Part shown: positions 34,850 to 41,996 of the stretch, piece by piece
How the letters are laid out: each line of letters opens with the position of its first letter
Numbering within the stretch: position 1 is the stretch's first letter
Made by a program: the position numbers and the translations under genes
Assembly (NCBI GenBank): GCA_903916765.1
Contig: CAIWXV010000014.1
Coordinates: 1 to 41,996 of the forward strand
Direction: 5' to 3'
DNA from: an uncultured Dehalococcoidia bacterium
GTDB taxonomy: Bacteria; Chloroflexota; Dehalococcoidia; Dehalococcoidales; Fen-1064
DNA length: 41,996 bases
Notes under the pieces: generated by a model
What the model saw: the letters and a program-made list of their open reading frames with translations, nothing else
What the model was told of the DNA's origin: nothing
Databases searched by the model: none

Positions 34850-36610
34850 ATGGATAATATCGAGAAAGACGAAAAACTGGACATGATGCGCCATTCGGCG
34901 GCGCATGTTATGGCGGAAGCCGTGCAATCGATGTTCCCCGATGCTAAATTTGGCATCGGCCCTACCATCGAATACGGTTTTTACTATGATTTCGACTTAT
35001 CTCGTTCTCTTAGTCCCGAAGACTTGCCGCTCATCGAAGCCAAAATGAAGGAAATTGTGAAAAGTAATTCTCCTTTCCTGAAAGAGATGGTTTCCAAGGA
35101 GCAAGCACGTAAATTATTCGCCAATCAACCGTATAAACTGGAATTGATTGATGAACTACCCGAAGAGCAGGTAACTATTTATAAGCAGGGTAATTTCACC
35201 GATATGTGCCGTGGTCCTCATGTTAGGTATACCTCTGCGATAAAGGCTTTCAAACTGATCACGATTGCCGGCGCTTACTGGCGTGGCAGTGAAAAAAATC
35301 CGATGCTCCAGCGTATCTACGGTGTGGCTTTTAACACCCAGAAAGAGTTGGATGAATATCTCATCCGTCAAGAAGAAATAAAAAAGAGAGACCACCGGAA
35401 AATAGGCAAAGACCTTGATCTTTTCGTGTTTTCTGATTTAATTGGAAAGGGTCTTCCCATTTTCACGGAAAAAGGGTCAGTCATCAGGCGCGAGTTGGAG
35501 CGATTTGTCGTCGATGAGGAAATCAAAAGAGGCTATAAGCATGTCTATACGCCTGATCTGGCGAAGGTTGAGCTCTATAAGACGTCTGGCCACTATCCCT
35601 ATTATAAGGATACAATGTACCCGGTGATGAAAGTAGACGAAGATGAGTTGATGCTTCGCCCTATGACTTGCCCTCACCACTACCAGTATTATGCCAGCAA
35701 ACCAAGGTCATATAAAGAATTGCCTTTTAGAATCGCTGAGTTGGCAAAGCAGTTCCGCTACGAAAAGTCGGGAGAGCTTAGCGGACTTCTGCGTGTCCGA
35801 AGCTTCTGCTTGGCTGATGCACACATTATTTGCAAGTCAGAACAGGCGGTTGACGAGATAATGCAAGCACTCGACCTCATAGAATATGCAGCGAACGTTC
35901 TAGGTTTGAACGCCGGTAGGAGGTACCGTCTGTCCCTGGGTGACCGGAAAGATGAGAAGAAATACTACAAGGATGATGCGGCTTGGGATTTTGCCGAGAA
36001 TGTCTTACGTCGGGTCCTGATACAGAGGAAAGCGAATTTCTTTGAAGCCGGAAATGAAGCGGCTTTTTACGGTCCCAAAATCGATATTCAGATGAAGAAT
36101 TTCGCTGGTAAGGAAGACACCGCTTTTACCGTCCAGTATGACTTCGTGGGACCGAAACGCTTTAAATTGGCCTACATTGACAGCGACGGAAAAGAAAAGG
36201 AACCGATTGTTATTCATCGCTCTTCGATTGGTGCGATAGAAAGAACTATGGCTTTTCTCATCGAACATTATGCCGGTGCGTTTCCCGTCTGGTTGTCACC
36301 GGTTCAAGCAGCAATTATTCCAGTATCTGACCAACATCTGGGTTATGCCCGTAAATTAGAAGCCGAGCTGAAAGCTATTGGTGTCAGGGTAATGGTAGAT
36401 GACCGGAATGAACGTATGAACCAGAAAATCCGCGAAGCTCAACTTCAAAAAATACCTTACATGCTGGTAGTCGGGGATAAAGAATCAGCGGATAACACGG
36501 TATCGGTGCGGTTACGTATCGGAGAACAACTTCCTGTTATGTCTTTTGAGGAGTTTAAGAAGAAAATCAAGCAGGTTATTAACGACCGTGTTAATGAATT
36601 GAAGCCGTAA
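34850..36610 (+). CDS. thrS: Threonyl-tRNA synthetase lacking the N-terminal TGS domain
   Basis: RHSAAH and DMCRGPH (editing), RPMTCPHH, FRYEKSG, AFYGPKID, IHRSSIGAIER, KIREAQLQKIPY. Confidence 0.96.
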   Translation: MDNIEKDEKLDMMRHSAAHVMAEAVQSMFPDAKFGIGPTIEYGFYYDFDLSRSLSPEDLPLIEAKMKEIVKSNSPFLKEMVSKEQARKLFANQPYKLELIDELPEEQVTIYKQGNFTDMCRGPHVRYTSAIKAFKLITIAGAYWRGSEKNPMLQRIYGVAFNTQKELDEYLIRQEEIKKRDHRKIGKDLDLFVFSDLIGKGLPIFTEKGSVIRRELERFVVDEEIKRGYKHVYTPDLAKVELYKTSGHYPYYKDTMYPVMKVDEDELMLRPMTCPHHYQYYASKPRSYKELPFRIAELAKQFRYEKSGELSGLLRVRSFCLADAHIICKSEQAVDEIMQALDLIEYAANVLGLNAGRRYRLSLGDRKDEKKYYKDDAAWDFAENVLRRVLIQRKANFFEAGNEAAFYGPKIDIQMKNFAGKEDTAFTVQYDFVGPKRFKLAYIDSDGKEKEPIVIHRSSIGAIERTMAFLIEHYAGAFPVWLSPVQAAIIPVSDQHLGYARKLEAELKAIGVRVMVDDRNERMNQKIREAQLQKIPYMLVVGDKESADNTVSVRLRIGEQLPVMSFEEFKKKIKQVINDRVNELKP

Positions 36611-36687
36611 CTTGATTATTACGTATAGAATGTATTATATTGAGTTCTGGTAATATACATAAAGCTTAGAAGGGGGAACTACAGCAC

Positions 36688-37248
36688 ATAGTTAAGCCAC
36701 TACGTATCAACAATCAGATAAGGGTTGCCGAAGTTCGTGTCGTCGGTGAGAAAGGCGAACAACTAGGAGTTATGTCCTTAATTAATGCTTTGGACGCTGC
36801 TAGGAAAGCCGGACTCGACTTGATCGAGGTAGCACCCACTGCCGTTCCGCCCGTTTGCCGGGTAACAGATTACGGCAAATATCGCTACGAACAAACAAAG
36901 AAAGAAAAGATTGCCAGGAAAAGCCAAAAGGTCTCCGAACTCAGGGAAATCCGGTTAAGACCTAAAATTGGTGAACATGATCTCGAGTTTAAAGTCCGGG
37001 CAATCAAGAAATTTCTACTAGACGGTGACAAGGTCAGAGTGACAGTGATGTTTCGGGGGCGTGAAATCAGTCACGCTGATTTAGGTTGGAAACTATTACA
37101 AAGAGTAATACAGATATTAGGAGAGGTGGCGGTACTGGAAAAGCAGGCGGTGATGGAAGGGCGGAGGATGTTTATTATTCTGGCGCCGGGCACTACCCAG
37201 AAATCAAAACCAAAGGAAACACAGGATGCCAAAACTAAAGACTCATAA
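36688..37248 (+). CDS. infC: Translation initiation factor IF-3 with a non-canonical ATA start
   Basis: The frame continues 28 codons upstream of ATG 36772 with conserved RINNQIRVAEVRVVGEKGEQLGVM; SD AGGGGG precedes ATA 36688. Confidence 0.9.
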   Translation: MVKPLRINNQIRVAEVRVVGEKGEQLGVMSLINALDAARKAGLDLIEVAPTAVPPVCRVTDYGKYRYEQTKKEKIARKSQKVSELREIRLRPKIGEHDLEFKVRAIKKFLLDGDKVRVTVMFRGREISHADLGWKLLQRVIQILGEVAVLEKQAVMEGRRMFIILAPGTTQKSKPKETQDAKTKDS

Positions 37249-37429
37249 GGGTGCAAAAGCGCGTTTCCATGTTACAGGAAGCGGTAAATTTCTACGGATG
37301 AAGGGCGGCTCGAGCCATCTGCGACGGAATAAGCCGGCGCGGGTCAAGCGTGAGTATAATGATAAATTGCCCATCAGCCCGGTGGATAAGAAGAAACTCA
37401 GCAGGCTGATGCCCTATGCGGGCAAATAG
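37226..37429 (+). CDS. rpmI: 50S ribosomal protein L35
   Basis: MPKLKTHKGAKARFHVTGSGK; position between infC and rplT. Confidence 0.96.
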   Translation: MPKLKTHKGAKARFHVTGSGKFLRMKGGSSHLRRNKPARVKREYNDKLPISPVDKKKLSRLMPYAGK

Positions 37430-37508
37430 TAATTACAGCCTGATAAGTTATTGATAATTTTAGAAGTATCGGGAGTAGGGGCTACTCCCTGTAGTCAGGA
37501 GGGGTATT

Positions 37509-37862
37509 GTGCCACGCGTTAAGAGAGGGGTAACTACACATCAAAAGCATAAGAGTTTATTAGCTCTGACCAAGGGTCATAGAGCTACAAGACATGCTCT
37601 TGTCAAACGTGCTACAGAATCAATGATGAAATCCCTGAGTTATGCTTACGCACATCGTCGTGAGCGTAAGGGAGATATGCGTCGTCTTTGGATTACTCGT
37701 GTTAATGCCGCTAGTCGTTTACAGGGTATGACCTATGGTGAATTGATGGATGGCTTGAAAAAGTCGGGTGTGCGCATCAATCGCAAGGTATTAGCTGATA
37801 TGGCAGTGACACAGCCGGAAGTTTTTGCTGAACTGGTGACTGTTGCCAAAAAACAATCTTAA
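37509..37862 (+). CDS. rplT: 50S ribosomal protein L20
   Basis: MPRVKRG, YAYAHRRERKGDMRRLWITRVNAA, INRKVLADMA. Confidence 0.97.
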   Translation: MPRVKRGVTTHQKHKSLLALTKGHRATRHALVKRATESMMKSLSYAYAHRRERKGDMRRLWITRVNAASRLQGMTYGELMDGLKKSGVRINRKVLADMAVTQPEVFAELVTVAKKQS

Positions 37863-37889
37863 AGACTCCACTACGTATTCAATATTATC

Positions 37890-38945
37890 ATGTTACAGCG
37901 TCTTGACGAACTTAAGCAGAATGCCTTTCGTGAATTGGAAGTCATCAATGACCTTTCCAATTTAGAGTCTTGGCGTGTTCGTTATCTCGGTAGAAAAAGT
38001 GAACTGACCAATATTTTGCGCGGTTTGGCAGAGCTTTCTCTGGAAGAGCGTAAATCTGCCGGCGCTTTAGCCAATCATATCAAAAATGAGCTGGATTCAC
38101 TTCTGAATCAAAAGACAGAATCTTTGAAAGCTGAGTTTCAGAAGCAGGTACTCCGTTCTGATGAATCCCTTGCCGCACGTGGTGATATTACCTTACCCGG
38201 CCGTCCCATTCCGATGGGTCGGTTGCATCCTATCACGGAAACCCTCCACGAAATTTGCGATATTTTTGTTTCGCTTGGTTTTCAGATTATGGAGAGTAAT
38301 GATGCGGAACTCGACTATTATAATTTCGAGGCATTAAATATACCTGAGGAACATCCTGCCCGGGATGATATGTCCACTTTCTGGCTCGATTACGAAGATG
38401 AACGTGGTAAACGTCCTATGCTTTTACGTACTCATACTACCTCCGTCAGTGCCCGTTGTGTGGCGACAATGAAACCACCTATCAGAGTTATCGAACCCGG
38501 CAGGGTTTATCGCTATGAAGCTACCGATGCTACACATCTGACAATGTTCCATCAACTCGATGGATTGGCGGTAGATAAGGGTATCACAATGGCTGACCTT
38601 AAGGGCACTTTCTATGAGTTTGCCCGCCGTTTCTATGGTGATGGTCGAAGAGTGCGTTTCCGCCCCGATTATTTCCCATTCGTCGAACCGGGTGTGGAAG
38701 TAGCTGTGGAGTGTGCTCTTTGTAAGGGTAGCGGTTGTCGGCTCTGCGGTAATAGCGGCTGGATTGAGATCGGCGGTGCTGGTATGACTCATCCCAAAGT
38801 GCTTGAGCGTGGCGGTATCGACCCCAATGAATATACCAGTTTCGCTTTCGGTTTTGGTATCGACCGTATTCCGATGTTGCGCTACGGCATCAATGATATG
38901 AGATTGTTCTTTGGCTCTGACCTGAGATTTTTGAGGCAATTCTAA
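37890..38945 (+). CDS. pheS: Phenylalanyl-tRNA synthetase alpha subunit
   Basis: NFEALNIPEEHPARD, LLRTHT, DATH..FHQ, YFPFVEP, FAFGFGIDR. Confidence 0.97.
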   Translation: MLQRLDELKQNAFRELEVINDLSNLESWRVRYLGRKSELTNILRGLAELSLEERKSAGALANHIKNELDSLLNQKTESLKAEFQKQVLRSDESLAARGDITLPGRPIPMGRLHPITETLHEICDIFVSLGFQIMESNDAELDYYNFEALNIPEEHPARDDMSTFWLDYEDERGKRPMLLRTHTTSVSARCVATMKPPIRVIEPGRVYRYEATDATHLTMFHQLDGLAVDKGITMADLKGTFYEFARRFYGDGRRVRFRPDYFPFVEPGVEVAVECALCKGSGCRLCGNSGWIEIGGAGMTHPKVLERGGIDPNEYTSFAFGFGIDRIPMLRYGINDMRLFFGSDLRFLRQF

Positions 38946-41348
38946 ATGAAGGTCTCTTTTAACTGGTTAAAACAATATGTTGATGTCAAGCTATCGGCGG
39001 CGGAGATTGCCGGTCGTTTGACGATGGCGGGCATCGAAGTTAAATCCTCTCAGGTTATCGGTGCTGATTGGGCGGGTATTATTGTCGGACAAATAACTGC
39101 CGTAAATCCTCATCCTAATGCCGACCGCCTTACTCTGGTGACATTGGAATTGGGTGACAGGCAGGAAACTGTCGTTTGCGGTGCGCCTAATGTTGCCGTC
39201 GGGGCAAAAGTTGTCTATGCGCCGGTTGGTTCCAAATTGATTGACGGACATACCGGCGAATCTGCAATACTGAAACCTGCCAAAATACGCGGCGTTGCCT
39301 CTAACGGTATGGCTTGTTCTGAGAAAGAACTGGGGATTTCGGAGAGCCATGAAGGTATTTTGCTTTTGCCGTCGGATATTGCCATCGGAACGTCGCTAAC
39401 GGAACTCCTCGGTGATGTCATCTTCTCTATTGAAGTTACACCGAATCGCCCAGATTGCCTTTCGATGATTGGGTTGGCAAGAGAGATTGCTGCACTGACC
39501 GGTGAGTCTCTGTATTTGCCGGAAGCTAAATATGCTGAATCGGGAACATCTATTAAAGACCATGTTACGGTTGAAATTGACGACCCGGATTTGTGTCCAC
39601 GGTATTGCGCCAGTCTGATTACCGGTATCAAAATCGCCGAGTCTCCGGAATGGCTCAAAGAGCGTCTGGTTTCTTATGGGATGCGTCCCATCAATAACAT
39701 CGTCGATATTACTAATTTTGTGATGCTGGAGTATGGACAACCGCTCCACTCTTTCGATTATGAGAAAATTGAAGGTAAGGGTATTATCGTACGTCGTGCT
39801 AAGAGCGGTGAGAAAATCACCAGTCTGGATGGGATTGAGCGTGCCTTATCACGTGATATGCTGGTGATTGCTGATAAAGAACGTGCCGTGGCAGTGGCAG
39901 GTATTATGGGTGGTGCTAACAGCGAAGTTTCGGAAAACACTTCCTCTATCCTGCTGGAATCTGCCAGTTTTAAGCCAGCCAGTATCCACCATACCGGACA
40001 CGCTTTAGGAATGCCCAGCGAGGCTTGTGTGCGCTTCGAGCGGGGTATCAGCGTGGAGTTGACTATTCCTGCCCTGAAACGTGCCACACAGTTGATTGCA
40101 GAACTAGGTGGCGAGCATGTGGCAAAGGGTATTATCGATGTCTATCCCGGTAAATTGGAACGGAAGTCGATTAAACTATCTACCGCTGATGTGAAACGGG
40201 TAGTGGGGTTAGAATATAGTATCGAACAAATTACTTCTTCTTTAACAGCGGTCGGTTTCGAGTGTCAGGCAGACAAAGGGAGTTCGTCAGTGTCAGCGAA
40301 AGCTCCTTACTGGCGGACTGATATTAATATTCCTGTCGATGTTATTGAAGAGGTGGCACGTATCATCGGCTATGAGCAAATACCAACGACTTTACTCGCC
40401 CAACCGATTCCCAAACAGAATCCTTTCCTCATCACCGCCTTGAAGCGCCGTGTCAGAAACATAATGGTTGGTTACGGTTTTCAGGAACTGGTTTCTTTCT
40501 CGCTGACGAATCTGGAGATTCTCACCAAACTATCTCCCGGGTCACGAAAACCGGAATCTTTGCCTGTTCATATTGCTAATCCTGCATCTTCGGAACAGGA
40601 ATATCTTCGCCCGACCTTGAGAGCCGATCTGCTTTCGGCACTTTCATCTAATAAGGCATATATCGAGGAAGGGCTCCGTCTCTTCGAGCTCGGTAAGGTT
40701 TATCTGGCTAAAGAGGGTAATCTACCAGATGAACCTGAGATGCTATGCGGCGTGTTGTACGGTCGCAGATTAGAGGGTTGGTGGCAAGGTGGAAGCGAAT
40801 CAATGGACTTTTTTGATGCTAAAGGCATGGTAGAAGGTTTGCTTGAGCAAATCGGCATCACTGCAAAATTTGAAAAATCCGATGATGAAAGTCTGCATCC
40901 TGCTAACCAGTCAGTGGTTATAGCTGGTGGCAAACGGATTGTGTTAGTCGGCGAATTGCATCCCTCGGTCAGCGAGCATTTTGAAATTCCGTCGAGGGTC
41001 TATCTTTTTGAAATCGATTTGCCTTCACTCCTGCCTCTTATTAAGCAGAAGACTTACCATACTATTCCGAAATTCCCGGCGACCATTCGGGATATTGCAC
41101 TGGTGGTTGATATCGGAGTGAATTATCAGCAGGTATTAGATATTATTAGAACGTTCTCACTGGTTACCGATGTAGCTCTCTTCGATGTCTATGCGGGTGA
41201 ACAGGTTCCTGCAGGTAAGAAATCACTGGCTTATCGTCTCATCTTCCAGACTCCCGACCGTACTCTTACCGACCAGCAGGTGAATGGTGTCCAGCAAGCA
41301 ATCCTCAAAAAGCTGAAATCCGAACTGGGTGCCAGTTTAAGAGGGTAA
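38946..41348 (+). CDS. pheT: Phenylalanyl-tRNA synthetase beta subunit
   Basis: HPNADRL, VCGAPNV, TPNRPDCLS, GQPLHSFD, RFERG, FDVYAG..KKSLAY. Confidence 0.97.
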   Translation: MKVSFNWLKQYVDVKLSAAEIAGRLTMAGIEVKSSQVIGADWAGIIVGQITAVNPHPNADRLTLVTLELGDRQETVVCGAPNVAVGAKVVYAPVGSKLIDGHTGESAILKPAKIRGVASNGMACSEKELGISESHEGILLLPSDIAIGTSLTELLGDVIFSIEVTPNRPDCLSMIGLAREIAALTGESLYLPEAKYAESGTSIKDHVTVEIDDPDLCPRYCASLITGIKIAESPEWLKERLVSYGMRPINNIVDITNFVMLEYGQPLHSFDYEKIEGKGIIVRRAKSGEKITSLDGIERALSRDMLVIADKERAVAVAGIMGGANSEVSENTSSILLESASFKPASIHHTGHALGMPSEACVRFERGISVELTIPALKRATQLIAELGGEHVAKGIIDVYPGKLERKSIKLSTADVKRVVGLEYSIEQITSSLTAVGFECQADKGSSSVSAKAPYWRTDINIPVDVIEEVARIIGYEQIPTTLLAQPIPKQNPFLITALKRRVRNIMVGYGFQELVSFSLTNLEILTKLSPGSRKPESLPVHIANPASSEQEYLRPTLRADLLSALSSNKAYIEEGLRLFELGKVYLAKEGNLPDEPEMLCGVLYGRRLEGWWQGGSESMDFFDAKGMVEGLLEQIGITAKFEKSDDESLHPANQSVVIAGGKRIVLVGELHPSVSEHFEIPSRVYLFEIDLPSLLPLIKQKTYHTIPKFPATIRDIALVVDIGVNYQQVLDIIRTFSLVTDVALFDVYAGEQVPAGKKSLAYRLIFQTPDRTLTDQQVNGVQQAILKKLKSELGASLRG

Positions 41349-41363
41349 TTTTCTCAAAACACA

Positions 41364-41407
41364 AAGTGCCTGATCTCTAATCAATCAGAGATCAGGCACT
41401 TATTTTT
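41364..41407. terminator. Probably bidirectional intrinsic terminator
   Basis: AAGTGCCTGATCTCT...AGAGATCAGGCACTT followed by ATTTTT, between convergent genes. Confidence 0.85.
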
Positions 41408-41417
41408 GCGTTGACTA

Positions 41418-41775
41418 TTATTTTTCAGCGGCAGCTTTCTTGTTTAGTAATCCTAAACCAGCTAGAATCAAACCTACTCCGATGACCATATCGACAATGC
41501 CGTTCATCTGTGTGAATGCAATAGGCCCGATATTTGACTTAGCTAATCCCAGTGAGGTTCTCTGCTCGGAGAGATAGACATATGTAGTGCTTGGTGCTGC
41601 TTGTTTGGCTTGTCTTTACGGTTTCGTAGGTAGCATTTACCTGTGATATTGTCAGTGGTGCGAGTTCATCGGCAAGTGCTTGTCTCCCTGAGTTAGCTTG
41701 TACAAAGAAGATAATGCCTGAGACAAGGCTTGCCACTCCCATGATGGCGACAATCAACGCGATGCAACGATTCAT
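41418..41775 (-). CDS. Small two-TM membrane protein, about 118 aa, interrupted by a +1 frameshift (pseudogene or sequence error)
   Basis: SD AGGAG and N-terminal TM segment. After ..VKTSQ the shifted frame reads QAAPSTTYVYLSEQRTSLGLAKSNIGPIAFTQMNGIVDMVIGVGLILAGLGLLNKKAAAEK-stop. Confidence 0.7.
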
Positions 41776-41845
41776 TTGTTTCCCACTCCTTAAATTTATA
41801 GAATATATTGGGCTTTTGCCGTTTTATCCAGGTAATTTCATGTGA

Positions 41846-41866
41846 ATACCTAGATATACTAGGTAT
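41846..41866. promoter_or_regulatory. Palindromic operator candidate
   Basis: ATACCTAG-ATATA-CTAGGTAT, a perfect 8-5-8 inverted repeat. Confidence 0.45.
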
Positions 41867-41940
41867 AATAGGGTAAAATTCACCATTGTCCAGTATTAAA
41901 AAATTGAGAGTAGTACTTGCTTGTGGTTGTTGTATATTTC

Positions 41941-41966
41941 CATTGCGAGCAAAGCGAAGCAATCTC
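41941..41966. repeat. Left half of a REP-like element
   Basis: CATTGCGAGCAAAGCGAAGCAATCTC resembles the left arm at 3111 (GTCATACTGAGCGAAGCGAATGTATCT). Confidence 0.55.
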
Positions 41967-41996
41967 GCTTATGCGAAAGTCCGTTGTTACCAGAGA

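Noticed and set aside
614-40933. Numerous 60-170 aa ORFs antisense or out of frame to the genes above (e.g. 1628-2014, 23982-24407, 38424-38939, 39215-39658)
   Set aside because: They overlap well-supported conserved genes, lack SDs and motifs, and are shadow ORFs.

Overview
Housekeeping and biosynthetic region of a bacterium of roughly 45% GC (estimated by eye). Gene content, gene order and protein style point to Chloroflexota, class Dehalococcoidia (inference). Order: ilvB (partial) and ilvD; tsaC-rpiB; guaA-purD-purE-purB; a methyltransferase; an MBL-fold hydrolase; rsmD-coaD-ferredoxin; proC; an orphan ORF; leuS; an internally deleted fabH; an acetate-to-2-oxoglutarate cluster (acs, LeuCD-type aconitase, isocitrate dehydrogenase, probable Re-citrate synthase); a PAS histidine kinase and OmpR-type regulator followed by an unannotated 41-aa ORF; a nine-gene shikimate/Phe/Tyr operon in pathway order; and thrS-infC-rpmI-rplT-pheS-pheT. 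The most interesting signal is intergenic and absent from the ORF track: three ribosome-dependent attenuators whose leader peptides start 8-9 nt after a TTGACA/TGn-extended -10 promoter with no Shine-Dalgarno (apparently leaderless). The aro leader MLNVSQRYYYYYFAFWGTKSA carries Tyr, Phe and Trp codons together. The ilvD and leuS leaders are paralogous 17-codon cassettes sharing M1-N2-S7-L10-T13-Y14 and nearly the same terminator. Also seen: 11-bp-phased boxes upstream of the 41-aa ORF and of the citrate synthase gene, an ATA start for infC, three single-base frameshifts (possibly assembly errors) and two families of small palindromic repeats. I found no CRISPR array, rRNA, tRNA or transposase.
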